DNA of 62,108 nt, the filler included, from Squatina squatina (taxonomy: Eukaryota), in the NCBI GenBank assembly GCA_031763465.1. It is 4 parts of 4 records of this genome, joined end to end, with 100 filler letters (N's around TTAATTAATTAA, not from the genome) between each part and the next. Parts side by side here need not be neighbours in the genome. Positions count along the whole stretch, not along the records: positions 1 to 17,144 come from JARFOE010000001.1; 3 more parts are not named here. One strand, 5' to 3'. Within the stretch, counting starts at the first letter, position 1. Every line of letters begins with the position of its first letter. This document shows, piece after piece, positions 1-13,610 of the stretch. The notes beneath the pieces were generated by a model. It had not been told where the DNA came from and did not search any database. It worked only from the letters and a program-made list of their open reading frames with translations. The position numbers and the translations under genes are program-made.

Positions 1-963
1 TGTGACGATTGAATGTTTGCCAATTCCTGAAACATAAACACAGTTCCATATGCTTAAATAGATTTGGCATCTGGGTCACTCTTGCCAATCATAAATGTCA
101 CTCAGCTCTTTCTTGTGTTCCCCATCCAGTGTGCAAGATAAAGGCCACCAGTGTTGGCTGTTAGCTTAAAGGTTACACAATTATAGAAAGGTGACTAAAT
201 TTAAACCTGAAATTGAGAAATACCCTTTGAAGAGGAGCAAATAACAGTGAATTAAGGTATTTATTTCACTACGACTGTATGGTGCCCTGCATCTGCCTTT
301 CAAGGAATAATGACAACCAAGTAAAGATATATGACATCAAAGCTTTAATTTCCTGCCCTGTTGGCAGCTTCTCAAAACATTTAACAGGGTGAGATGATCC
401 AAGGAGACAACCGGTTAAAATGTCTCATATCTGGAAGGAAATAGTATGAAAGAAATGAAAGAAAGGCACCAGACTGTCCCTGAAGACAGAATCACTCTGT
501 ATTGGCAATTGGTGGACAGAGATAATCTATAATTGAAAGTGATGTTTAAGTACAAACTTATACCCCTGGGCTATCATTATAGCATGTTAGTACTTGATTC
601 AGTGAAAATATTTTTTTCACAGTCTGACATTCCCTGAGCCTATACATTATACCATGCTGAGATTAGGTGCAAAAGAATACTCTCAGGGTTCTATAGAACT
701 TAACATATCAGAAATACAAGGACACACATTTTCAATTTGTTTCTTTGTCTGAATACTCTATGGGCCCTTTGTAAATTTTTCCCACTGTTGTGAATCAAAT
801 TCCGAGTGCAAGTGAAGCTTTATACTGACACAAAAATTAAAAGCAATTTTGTTCCATACTTTCNNNNNNNNNNNNNNNNNNNNNNNNNNNNNNNNNNNNN
901 NNNNNNNNNNNNNNNNNNNNNNNNNNNNNNNNNNNNNNNNNNNNNNNNNNNNNNNNNNNNNNN

Positions 964-1190
964 CCTCGCCCTAAGCTGTGGAATTTCTTCCCTAAGCCTC
1001 TCCGCCTCTCTACATCTCTTTCCTCCTTTAAGGCGCTTCCTAAAACCTACCTGTTTGATCAAGCCTTTGGTCATCTGCCCTAATTTCGCTTTATGTAATT
1101 CAGTTTCAATTTTGTTTTAGAACAATCCTGTGAAATACCTTGTGATGTTTTACTATGTTAAAGGTGCTTTCTAAATGCAAGTTGTTGTTC
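964..1190 (+). mobile_element. L2-type LINE/SINE 3' end fragment
   Basis: CCCTAAGCTGTGGAATT..CCTAAAACCTACCT.TTTGA.CAAGC..TTGG motif ending in a GCAAGTTGTTGTT tail; related copies at ~4205-4345, ~12445-12576 (minus) and ~25845-25992. Confidence 0.65.
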
Positions 1191-3329
1191 TTGATTGCTG
1201 CCAGGACACCAGGCATTCACCATCATGATGTGCTGGGCGTGGTCGCACACCAAATGAACATTAAGTGACTGGTTGCCTTTGCAGTTGCAGTACATGTCAG
1301 GATTGCAGTGCGGCACCCATAAAACCATGTTTGGTCAGTCGATGGCGCCCTGCATCATGGGAATCCCGATATCTTGGAAAAGCCACATGCACACTCTTCC
1401 TGCTTACCTCCATTTTACGCTACTGCTGAACTTGAATTATACCTCCTATGTATTTGTAGTAACATGGTGGCAATGTACTATAAAATTACCATATAAAGGT
1501 TGAACTGATCTTTGAGCTGCCTGTCTTAATATTCAATTTACAATTTGAGATTCTTTACATTGTAACACTCAGCACTGCTTGTTTGGAATTTCAAAATGAG
1601 CAATTTTGATTTTAAAATATCTTTCACTCCCTTTTCAGGAGTAGTGAAAAGGAATTTAATTTGGTGGTTTGCACTTTAAGAGGTCATTTCCTTACTGGTA
1701 CCTCGTGATCGTGAAGCCATGGAAAGGTTGTTGAGCGTTACACATACGATTACTTGTTAGATTGGTCTGTTCTTGACTTTCAGTCAAGTTATTAATTGAT
1801 ATAATCAATTGAAATGTTGTAATACCTAAAAGTACTGAAGCAAAACAAGTCTTTTCATAAATATGGCATAAACACAAAGCTGTCTTCAGCACCAAGTCAT
1901 TGCATGACATGAATCATGCAACCTCCGTGTATTTCGAAATAACTATTGCACAATTAACTCTGTAAAGAATAGAAGCTGTTTTCAGAGGAAGTGGTCACCT
2001 CCTGACTTTGCTCTACAATATGGATTTGAACAAATTGTAATGAGGAACAAGTCCCAACATTAAGTAAAATGCATAAATAAGTTGATGGCCATGTTGTTGA
2101 TGGAAACCAATTAATGTTGCCTTCATTGAAAGTATCTTGTAAGTGCAACACCGGAAGGAAAACAATCCTTTATTAGTGCTAAAATAATGTCTTATGGGCA
2201 TTGCCCAAACTCTTCTCTCTCTCCAAGTACCTTGCGAAATTTACTCGTATATTATGTGCAGCCTGTGTAGATTTTAATATTCAGCTTGCCTCAGGTCCAA
2301 ACATGGGGCTGAAATGAATTAAACACAACTGAGCTTCACAGCGCAATAAAGACAAGAGACATAGAAAGAACAAAAAAAGTAATGTAGGGACAAAGAGTGC
2401 AAGCAGAAAAGTGGAAGATGAGAAGTGCTGTACTGTAATCAGAATGCCATACTTCACTTCTCTTAGAATTTTGTTCATTTCATTTTGTTTCCACCCTCTG
2501 TTCTTTGCAGCTGACTACCTTAGTTGTATTTTGCTTTGGCTGCGATAGTTGGGGCTGCAGCCTTTGCCATATCCATTGTCAATGCTGCTTTCTGATTCAT
2601 TTCCACAGGTCAGCAGTCCTGGCACCCTTTAGTTTCCAGAGGTACGACACCCTGCTGCCATGCAGTGATCCATCTAAAGCTTTGGCTAAACTGTGGATAA
2701 ACTGAACTTAAATGCCAGCCAAGGAGGAAATTCAAAGTTGTCCCTTCTAGGCTTCGAATTCGAATCTCTTGCTCTTTTACTTTAAAAAAATTGTGTGAGA
2801 TGAACACAAAACACATTTCCTGAAATTCTGCTAAAAAAAAAGAAATGACTTAAAGAATGGAGATATGTTTCTACAATGGACGTGTCATCTCATCAAAGTC
2901 GGAAATAAAAGCAAAGCTATGAGCCTTCAGCATCCATCAACAACACAAGCCGCTTACAGAGGTAATCGATTTTAAATATATTTCACAGCTTTCATTTGCC
3001 CTTCACAGGAATGAATTATGCCCCAAGTAGGGATTATTTACAGCATCCACTCCTCATTCACTTTGAGGTTAACATATTCAGCACTAAATGGAATTTGGGC
3101 CTGTCAGGAATGTTGAACCCCTTTTTGTCATTTGTGTGCTTCAGTTTCTTTGCACTTAAACTTTCTAAAAAATATCCAATTATTGTTTGCCTCAATCTCT
3201 GAAGATCAGTTTCCATTTCTAGAACATACNNNNNNNNNNNNNNNNNNNNNNNNNNNNNNNNNNNNNNNNNNNNNNNNNNNNNNNNNNNNNNNNNNNNNNN
3301 NNNNNNNNNNNNNNNNNNNNNNNNNNNNN

Positions 3330-3580
3330 TCCTCTCGTCCCCCCCCCCCTCCCAAGTCAGCTCTTTGAAAGACCTATCCAATTAGTCGAACTCCCCCGAA
3401 CTTTCCCCATAGCCCTGCAAATTTCTCCTTTTCAAGTATTTATCTAATTCCCCTTTTGAAAGTTATTATTGAATGTGTTCCACCGCCCTTTCAGGAAGTG
3501 CATTCCAAATCACAACAACTCGTATAAAATAAAATACTTATCTTCCCCCCTCATTCTTTTGCCAATTATCTTGAATGTGG
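3330..3580 (-). mobile_element. CR1-like LINE 3' fragment
   Basis: Closely similar to 57550-57780 (CCAATTAGTC..CTTTCCCC..GAAAGTTA.TATTGAAT); typical elasmobranch CR1 3' end. Confidence 0.6.
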
Positions 3581-6500
3581 GACTTTCCTGGTCTGCCTGA
3601 CACGGCTACTAGACTCTCCGCTCAGTTACAGAGAGCGCAGGAACTGCGGGGGTCCAGGTCTTTAACAAGACACATAGTAAACATCATAGTCGGAGTTTGA
3701 CAGAAATGGAAACAGAAAGGGACAGTTACGTGACTCCTAACATAACCACATCGAAATCTGTGGAGCGATCGTCCCGCAACATTTCCCATTCATGCAGGCG
3801 CTGCGAAAAAGACCGACCGGGTTCTTTAAACAATCCCAACTCTTTCTGGAAAGTTTCATTTCTAGAGTAAAAAGCAAAGTATCGCCTTGAAAGTTGTTGA
3901 CTTTGTGTCTCCTCCACCATCGCACGACGCTCTTCAAAGTTCAGCCTGGAGGATGCCGATGGTCACTCTGGAGGTTTGGGTGTGGTCTCCTGCCGCAGCT
4001 GCCAGTCTCCCATCTCCTCTTCAGGACAGTGACAACTGCACCGATCGTCCGCTGCTGTCACCAGTGCAACCGGGAGATCCTCTTAAAAACCAGAAGCGGA
4101 AAAGCATTAGGGATGTTGTAAATCGAGTGATTCCACTTTGCTGCATCTAATTTTTTTTTTTAAAAAAAAGGTTCTTTCTAAAATTTCTCCCAGGCTGTTT
4201 AGGCAATTCTGGCCTCTTATGCATCCCTGATTTCAACGCCCCATTAGTGGTGGCCGTACCTTCAGCCCCTAAGCTTTGGAATTCCCTCCCTAAATCTCCG
4301 CCTCTCCTCCTTTAAGATGTTCCTGAAAAACTACCTCTGTGGCCAAAATGTACAACCAGATGTATAAAGCATAAGCCGAAAGGGAATTCAGTGTTTAAAA
4401 TATATCTACAAAATTTACACCTGTGTTGGCTGTTGTATAAAAATTTGCTGCTTGAAAGTGTTTCACTAGCAATTTACATGTGGATATTTCTGAGGGTCAG
4501 AAAGCCTAGTGTCACAGTCAAATTATGTCTTATAGTGTATGACATATTAAGTTGTTCTGAACCATTGTACAAAATGATATTAAACCCATACTAAGAGGAT
4601 TGAACTTCAGTGATTTTCACTGCAATTTGTACAACAGTATATAACAGCACTCCACAAAGTATGGCTGGCACTGTAAGTCAGCCAGACACATCTGCATCTA
4701 CCAGCATTTCTCACTCACCTCACTTTGAGTGCAGGGTATGATGTTACTTCTCAGTACGAAACACAAGGGATGTACTTTCTGCTGGAATGTCTAAGAGTAC
4801 TTGGCACATTAGTTTTCAATGTATGTTTTGCAGTTGTTAAATAATTATAAAAAATTTATACGTTTTAAATTGTAGAATTATATGCTTTAGTGTTCCTAAT
4901 GTGTGTGACTTAATCAGCAATTAAGGCACTATATTCAGCCATATACAGGATAAATACACTTATAAATTATGTTTGTTTCTTACTACAAAACCTGTGAATA
5001 ATCATTACAAATATGGTTGAATTTAAAGCTTTGGTACATGGAACAAGGCATGGATTAGAATTCTGCTCTTTCACCTCTGCAAACTAGATTTAAAATGTAA
5101 TGAGGGAGATAGAAGGGGNNNNNNNNNNNNNNNNNNNNNNNNNNNNNNNNNNNNNNNNNNNNNNNNNNNNNNNNNNNNNNNNNNNNNNNNNNNNNNNNNN
5201 NNNNNNNNNNNNNNNNNNCTAAAATGCAACTGACTTGTCATCTGATTTATGCTTTCAATGAAAAGCTCGGCCTGTTGGTGTCCCTTAGGTCCTGTCCTTG
5301 TCCCACATCCTGGACATAAATGGTCTCCCAAATGATGGTGGCAAAACTAAAATCATTGTGAATGCAGACAGCACTGCTCTCCTACTCAGAGTACTGTCTG
5401 CATCTGTTGTGTCTGATGTCCTTTGAACTGAAATGTCCCTCGTTTCTCAGTGACTATTTCATTAAGATCTTACCCGTAACCTTGACTGGACAATCTCTCT
5501 ACTGCTTTCTTCTTTTCCTGCAGTAAATTGTTCACTTTGGTTGTGGATCTTCCACAGATCCCTCGGAGTACTTTCTGACAGTTCCATTCATTAGCAAGCA
5601 CACGTTTTAATTTTTTTTTGTAATCTGATCCCCTACAGAGTGAGGCAATGTTAAAGGTTAAATCACTTTGGTATAACAGGGAACTGGTCAGCCATATGTG
5701 TATTGCTATAGCTGTGCTCCAAGTAGAAATTAATATTTCCTAGAGTATGGGGCCAAGTTATAGGTCAGGATACTTACATGACACATTATTACAGTACAAA
5801 ACATTCTGGTTGNNNNNNNNNNNNNNNNNNNNNNNNNNNNNNNNNNNNNNNNNNNNNNNNNNNNNNNNNNNNNNNNNNNNNNNNNNNNNNNNNNNNNNNN
5901 NNNNNNNNNNNNCAAACTATCAGCATATTGAGGTGAGGGACACATTCTAATTGCTGATAAAATGTCAATAGCCTTATAAGAGCATATTACCAGTCCATTA
6001 AATTTCTTTAATGCAGCTTCTCAGCAAACAATAAATTACTTGGTCGACAGACTGTAAAGGAAATCAGGTGACTTCTTCAGAAATATAGGGAGTTTTGACA
6101 AAGCAAAAAAAACCCCGAATATATCAGGCTCCTTAGGGAAGGCCAGAGTGCCGATCCGAAGAACAAATTTTCACTGAACTCTTGAGCAGGTAATAAGCCT
6201 TACACTAACTTCAGACATTTCCGACATAGTGGACTTTGTATCCTCATGGGTTTGCTAATGAGACACTGATTCTACTGCTAAAACTACACTAGACTAAATG
6301 TATTCCTTGTATTGTAAACCAAAATGTTTTTAAATTGAATTCTGTTCTCTTCAGAGTGTGCGGAGTTTGAAGTTTTCAAATACTGTAATTGAAAATATCA
6401 CAGTGGATTTGCACTTCTGCACCACTTTATACTCCAATTGAAGATACTTCACGATAGGAGTTTCCTCTTTACAAGCAGGGAATTATTGATGGTGTAAAGG

Positions 6501-7314
6501 TTTAAAAGCGTTACTGAATGAATACACGTGAGTTCAGCATTTTGAATCACCAGTTTGTTTATTGAACTGAATTCTAATATTTCATAACCTTCTGCCTGAT
6601 GCAGTATGTTCATCATACTCATTTGTTTTGGGGTAATTATTATTTGTTTTTTAAGATGTGTTTGTATGATGTGGGTGTTGATGGAAAGGCTGCATTTATT
6701 GCCCATCCCTAGTTTTCCCTGAAAAGGAGGGAGTGGACTATCTCTTTGAACTATTGCCTTATGCTAATGGTGCTCTCTTGATGATATTTGGGGGTTCTGG
6801 GATTTTGATCCAATGATAATCGAGTGAATGGCGATATATATCCTAGTCAGGATGATTTGTGACTTGGTGGGGAACTTGCAAGAATTTTCTTACTTTCTTC
6901 CCCTTTGATTATGTAGTAGAAAAACAATACCAGCAATATTCTGATGACAGCGACTTAATAATATTTTATTTCACTGGTCTCTGTTGTGTTATAATATACT
7001 TTTTCACATGTACTTCAATAGTTATACATTGTTATATCTATATTTTCAAATGGCATCCCCGTACTGCAAGCTTTGGCATTAGTTCTGGCTTGTGACTGAA
7101 AGAATTACAGTTGGAAGTATTTGGGTTTTTTTTTATTAGTTTGGACAGAACTAAAGATAAATTAATTGAGTTTTCTGTTCAACTGTTCATTATCATACAT
7201 TTGTTTAACATACNNNNNNNNNNNNNNNNNNNNNNNNNNNNNNNNNNNNNNNNNNNNNNNNNNNNNNNNNNNNNNNNNNNNNNNNNNNNNNNNNNNNNNN
7301 NNNNNNNNNNNNNG

Positions 7315-7800
7315 GTATCACCAAGTCATATATATCTCTTAATAAAAGCACTGACTCCTGGGGAACACCGTCTACCATCCTCCATTCTGAAAAACAACCA
7401 ACCATCCACCACAACTTGCTGTTTTCTGCCCTTAAGTCATTTTTTTTATCCAAGCTGACACTAACCCTCCTATTTCATGAGCCTCAACTTTGTTAATCAG
7501 CCTTTTATGTGGTACTAGGTCAAATGCCTTCCTAACTCTCATAAGCTCCTTGGTTCCCCACTATTTTTGGTATACCTTTTGCGTCTTCTACTGTGAAGAC
7601 AGATACAAAATATTTGTTTAAAAATTCTCTGCCATTTCCTTGTTCCCCAATACAATTTCTCCTGTCTCAGCCAGTAAGGGACCAAGTCTTGCTTTGCTGC
7701 TCTCTTCTTTTTTACATATTTGTAGAAGCTCTTACAATCTGTTTTTATATTTCTTGCTAATTTACTCTCATATTCTATTTTCTCCCTTTTTATCATTATC
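7315..7800 (-). mobile_element. CR1 LINE ORF2 fragments
   Basis: Minus-strand translations KREKIEYESKLARNIKTDCKSFYKYVKKKR and SEWRMVDGVPQESVL (degenerate GVPQGSVL). Confidence 0.85.
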
Positions 7801-8024
7801 CAGGACCTGCGTACCAGGAGCCAAGGGAATGCAGACCAGGAACCCAAGGGCTGGCAGTGCAGCAGGAGCACAGTGACACAGGAAATATTAAGGAGCATTT
7901 CACTATTTCTATCAGGGTCATTCANNNNNNNNNNNNNNNNNNNNNNNNNNNNNNNNNNNNNNNNNNNNNNNNNNNNNNNNNNNNNNNNNNNNNNNNNNNN
8001 NNNNNNNNNNNNNNNNNNNNNNNN

Positions 8025-8434
8025 AATTGGCCTCTTTTAATGTCCCATTCGCACCCCTGAGGGGCGCTAATGGGATGTTTTTTTTTAAAATGGCATTGGG
8101 AGACGGCCATCGCTCCTCCCCCAAAATTCAGTTGGGGCGCAAAGGCCTTTGTGCCTGCCCAGATGAATTTTGTGGCGAGTTGGCACGTGATGCCATCAAG
8201 ACGCACACCAACCCTCACCGCACAGCTGCAACGCCCTCAGCGCTCTGTTTACGTCCTGCAGGGAAATTTGCAGGCTTCACTGTCGCTGCAACGAGCCCCT
8301 TGAGGGAGCATGCTGTGTCCGGCAGGCGCCCCGGAGTAGCAAATACCAGGAGGGCTGGGACGGGCGTCTGCGAGCGAAATGCCGGCTCCCGCCCCGTACA
8401 CGTTTCCAGCGCGGCGGGAGGCAATTTCGGCCCC
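8025..8434. mobile_element. GC-rich non-autonomous DNA transposon (probably Harbinger-type), partial
   Basis: Ends in GCAATTTCGGCCCC, the same terminus as at ~27383-27394; shares internal motifs (CCTGCAGG..AATTT, TTC/TTTACTGTCGCTGCAAC) with 26700-27394. Confidence 0.6.
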
Positions 8435-9675
8435 TTAATTTTAAAATGTTGATGGCTGTTTTAACAGAGCATCAATGTGATAGTCCAAAACCATTCCCTT
8501 TTTCTTGGTGGCATCTGTGTTGGAGTTAAGGATCTCATTAAGTACAAGAATCCTACTAGATCTAAGACAGTGGCTTCTGACAATTGTTACAGCTAAAATA
8601 TTTTGGTTGCATTGAATAACAGCTGCCTATGTCTAAGAAATAATTATAATATGTATTGCTTTGATCGAGCTTCATTTCCACTTCATCGTATCTGCTTTAT
8701 TTAAATAATCAATATAATTTAATAACTCACAAATCCATGTTGTAAAGAAACTATTGAGTCTATTAATGAATTTCACAGTTGGAACTGTATATATAGATAG
8801 TAAAAGATTTCACACTTAATTGGTGTCATTAACTATTTAAAGAAACACTCAGTCTCACTGACTCATTGTAGTTTTGCTGTACCTCATATACAATCTGTTC
8901 CACTTGGTTTAAACAGGCACTGACTTCAAGAACATAATGGAATATAAACAGATTATCATTTGTTTGAAATAACATGTTGTGATGATGTAAATCATACCAA
9001 AACACACCATCGTACATTATCGTCATGATGAAAATGACATGGCTTCTCTGACTCACCCACTTCTCCAGCTAAAAAAAGGATTGACAAAGGCTGTGCTGTG
9101 TCGGAGTTAGAATGCTGAGCCTGACAGGACGGTGATATTCGGAGAGGATGTGGAACATGTGATGCTGCAATGATTATGTAACTTGGCATATTTAAACTAC
9201 AGGTGCATTATCTGGTGCTGTTTATTGGCTGGATCCTATAATGTGTGATTGTAATTTAAATTAATAACTTCTGGCTTGACATCATAGTAACCTCGGCCAT
9301 GAAGCAGAGATTTCACTACGCTGGTATAAACACCTGAATTCAATTACCTTACTACTTTCTTTAGGAAACCCTCTCATTGTGCAGCTCACTAACATCAGTG
9401 TTCTCCTGTCCGACATAAGTCAACCACATAATCCAAGTAAAATTAAACTCAATTTATGTCATTTGCATCATACTTGTCTTCATTCTTCTGTAAGACCAAA
9501 CTTTGGTTTTGGTTATCCACCAATTTCATCACCGCAACATTATGGCAGGATTAATAAGGTTCTATTTTACTCACTGCTAGACTACCAGAGTAAGTGGATA
9601 TATACCTACAACCTGCATTCCTGCTCACCCACCATGACAGTATTCAAGATTTGCAGAAACAACAGAGAAATAGCA

Positions 9676-9778
9676 TGGAGTACTGTGTACAGTTCTGGTC
9701 ACCGCACTATAGGGAAGATGTAACGGCACTAGAGGAGAGGGTACAGAAGAGATTTACAGGGATGTTGCCTGGACTGGA
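9676..9778 (+). mobile_element. CR1 LINE ORF2 C-terminal fragment
   Basis: MEYCVQFWSPHYREDV..ERVQKRFTGMLPGL, the hallmark CR1 C-terminus. Confidence 0.9.
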
Positions 9779-12028
9779 NNNNNNNNNNNNNNNNNNNNNN
9801 NNNNNNNNNNNNNNNNNNNNNNNNNNNNNNNNNNNNNNNNNNNNNNNNNNNNNNNNNNNNNNNNNNNNNNNNNNNNNNTCAAAACTTCAATAAAAGATAC
9901 ACCTACCTGATTGGCTGGGGCCTTCCATGTGACTTCTCCAGCCTCTTCGCTCGGCTTGCCCGGGAATCTAGACAGCCCCGCTCCGAATGTCCCGGGGGGG
10001 CTGAATATCGCAAGGTCGCATGGATCCAGGACCCTTAGGTAAGTTCGTAACTTTTTTTGCGATTACCAGCACCCGCACGCAGGAAGCTTCCAATTGCAAT
10101 TTCAGGGCCAATATATCGAACCTTACCTTTGGTTACTTATTCAATGGCCCACATTAAACATCCCAGAATGCCTTTAAAAACCCATTGTATAATAAAGCAT
10201 CTTACCATTGGTGTTCAGAATTTCTTTCACTTGTGCAAAAGATCCTCATATTACACAAAGTAATATTCATGTGTTATGAGGGTTGCATACACTCTGTTGC
10301 CTTATTATTCATATGACATCCTGCATATAAATATCTCACCCTTCTTAATCAAACCACTTGCTTCTGTTGATTTTTATCATTTCTGTACATTATTTCAATC
10401 AGTCTAAGTATTTGGTTTCATTTTTTTTCCCAACTTAGATCCTTTGCAATTTACATCAATGTTTCTTTTTAGGATGAAAGATCCAGACTTTCGCAGCTTA
10501 ACAGCCAATAACTGTGCAGATAATGGCACCAGAATGAAGACATGTCAATTTAGTCTTCCAGCTAATTGTCCTCAGAGTACAGCTGCTCATCAACACATCA
10601 AAGCTGCTGCGTTCTATCTGCCCAGAAACAGCTGTCAGATTGTTGCTGTCACTCAGCAAATTGCAACGGGCCCATTCTGTGACAAAAATGTATCTTGTGG
10701 AACTGAACTATTATGCACATTCATTAATTTATGAAAAGATAAAAGTGTGATTTACATTATGAGATTTAAATAAAAATGCAGTCATTTATATTCTCCAAAT
10801 ATAATCTGTAAATAGTAAACAATTTTGACGGTTTGTGACTTTCTTTTACCATTACATCATTCACGACATCCGTGATTTGGTCATACAGTGTTTAGTCTGC
10901 ACTTGGAAGACTGGTCCCCACACAACAGTCTAGATTTAAACATCTCACCATTTATGACTTAGCAGAGAGGCATCCATAATGATACACAGTCCTCTTCATG
11001 GATTTATATTTTCATATTTATTCCTTACCATTCCTCATACAGTTTCCTGGCCAAGACCTCAACTCTGAAGACCCATTTATAATTATATAATAAATCTAGC
11101 TCTCAATATCTAATAATCTGGGGTTTCAGATAATCTCATACACAAGNNNNNNNNNNATCCTAAATTAAGAACATATGTCTATACGGCTTGCTTTAGAAAT
11201 AGTAAAAAGCTATCGGACCCATCTATTTTTGAGAGATCAGACCCCAACAATCACCTTTACACCATAGCACTCAGCCCTTTCTCTCTAGGGACCATTTCCA
11301 CTGTCCTCTTCAATGCCTTCCTGAACATTTTCTTCCATAAATGTATTATCCTATTATCCTGCTGTTAAATTATATACTACTGCTACTGGACTGAGAAATT
11401 CACTTAAGGATGGTGGATGCTCTCACAATGTTGCTGTATTGTAATGTAATTATGGATTTCAAGGAATTGCTGATGGTTTGATGCATATGAGTCAATTCTT
11501 TAAGTCAGACAAAAATGACATTGATCTAGCCCACAGCATAGGCTTGCCTGCATTACCAGTTTAGGGTGCAGAGCATACCGAGTGTTCTGATGGAAATCCC
11601 TCCCCCTAATTGGAATAGGCATTTTTACATATGAAAAGCTGGCCCAAATAGCTTTCCCTGTAGCGTACTTAACTGGGAACCATAAAAGCTGATGGGGCAG
11701 CAGCTCTTCAAGGGCTGAAGTTTATCATAAGAAGTTGGAGATACAATAAGCGACNNNNNNNNNNNNNNNNNNNNNNNNNNNNNNNNNNNNNNNNNNNNNN
11801 NNNNNNNNNNNNNNNNNNNNNNNNNNNNNNNNNNNNNNNNNNNNNNNNNNNNNNTTCTCTGTCTATGCACCTCCTCACATCCCCATCCGACAATCCACCA
11901 CTGACACTCACCCTCATCTGACATGCCTTGCGTCTCCCTCATAGTCACCCACAACACATGCTGTCCATCCATCCATTTCACTCATTCCATGACTCTCACT
12001 CAAAGGTCTCTTGTTTCCCTCCTTGCAG

Positions 12029-12178
12029 AAGAAGAGAACACAAAACACCAGGGAGAAGCAGAGTACCGGAGACGACCCTCCATCATCGCCACACTCACAG
12101 TTGCAGAGAAAGATACACTTGAAATAAGTGGAGTGTCGGTGTGCCTGCCAGTGGGAGATGGGGAGTTCCCAGTTACTT
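12029..12178 (+). mobile_element. Harbinger Myb/SANT-like (ORF2) exon remnant, frameshifted
   Basis: After a pyrimidine tract and CAG acceptor: KKRTQNTREKQSTG / PSIIATLTVAEKDTLEISG..VGDGE, resembling the 'HNRRER..TGGGP..LT..EE..L' segment of Harbinger SANT proteins. Confidence 0.55.
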
Positions 12179-13166
12179 AGTGACAGAATTAAATATCATA
12201 CAGTCACATGGCTACAACAGTCACTCATGGTGACTTGCCATCAGCAGCCAATGAGATATGATAGTGTACATGATGTTAACTTAAAACACTTTTACCATGA
12301 CAGTTCTAATTCATGTCTTTAATCTCCTTCAGGCCCATCAATTCTCCCCCAGGTGATGGAGCTGGAGGAGGAAGATGACTCCTCAGAGGAGCTTGCTAAC
12401 TCTGGGGGTGCATCGTCACAGGACGTATGCACACCATGCACCGGCGCAACAACATCAACAACAAATTGCATTTATATAGCACCTTTAATACAATAAAATG
12501 TCCCAAGGCATTTCACAGGAGTGTTATATGAAAAAAATTTGACACTGAGCCAAATAAGGAGAAATTAGGGGAGATTNNNNNNNNNNNNNNNNNNNNNNNN
12601 NNNNNNNNNNNNNNNNNNNNNNNNNNNNNNNNNNNNNNNNNNNNNNNNNNNNNNNNNNNNNNNNNNNNNNNNNNNNNNNNNNNNNNNNNNNNNNNNNNNN
12701 NNNNNNNNNNNNNNNNNNNNNNNNNNNNNNNNNNNNNNNNNNNNNNNNNNNNNNNNNNNNNNNNNNNNNNNNNNNNNNNNNNNNNNNNNNNNNNNNNNNN
12801 NNNNNNNNNNNNNNNNNNNNNNNNNNNNNNNNNNNNNNNNNNNNNNNNNNNNNNNNNNNNNNNNNNNNNNNNNNNNNNNNNNNNNNNNNNNNNNNNNNNN
12901 NNNNNNNNNNNNNNNNNNNNNNNNNNNNNNNNNNNNNNNNNNNNNNNNNNNNNNNNNNNNNNNNNNNNNNNNNNNNNNNNNNNNNNNNNNNNNNNNNNNN
13001 NNNNNNNNNNNNNNNNNNNNNNNNNNNNNNNNNNNNNNNNNNNNNNNNNNNNNNNNNNNNNNNNNNNNNNNNNNNNNNNNNNNNNNNNNNNNNNNNNNNN
13101 NNNNNNNNNNNNNNNNNNNNNNNNNNNNNNNNNNNNNNNNNNNNNNNNNNNNNNNNNNNNNNNNNN

Positions 13167-13610
13167 TGTACCCCAGAGACCTATGGAGGCTCAATCATTG
13201 AATATATTTAAGACAGAGATCGATAGATTTTTAGATATGAAAGACATCAAGGGATATTGATTCAGTTCAGGAAAATGGCGTTGAGGTAGAAGATCAACCA
13301 TGATTTTGGTGAATGGTGGAACAGGCTCGACGGGCTGAATGGCCTAATCCTGCTGCTATTTTTTATGTTCGTATATTCTTATGTTCAGTGTATGTGCTGT
13401 TAAGAAATAAGAAAGGGCCAAAAATGCAGTGGGAGTAGTTTATAGGCCCCCTAACAGTAACCATGGTCTTGGGCAGAGTATAAATCAGGAAATTAGAGGA
13501 GCATGTAACAAGGTTAATTCAATAAGTGTGGGGTAAATTTAATCTTCATATAGACTCGGCGAAACAAATTGCCAAAAGTAGCTGAAGAATGAGCTTGTGG
13601 AATGCTTTCG
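13167..13610 (+). mobile_element. CR1 LINE 3' end followed by a second CR1 endonuclease-region fragment
   Basis: GAGATCGATAGATTTTTAG..GGCTGAATGGCCTAATCCTGCT 3'UTR; then GTAGTTTATAGGCCCCCTAACAGT (VVYRPPNS). Confidence 0.7.

Noticed and set aside
12565-13194. ORFs spanning N runs (here and elsewhere)
   Set aside because: Their length is an artefact of untranslated Ns.
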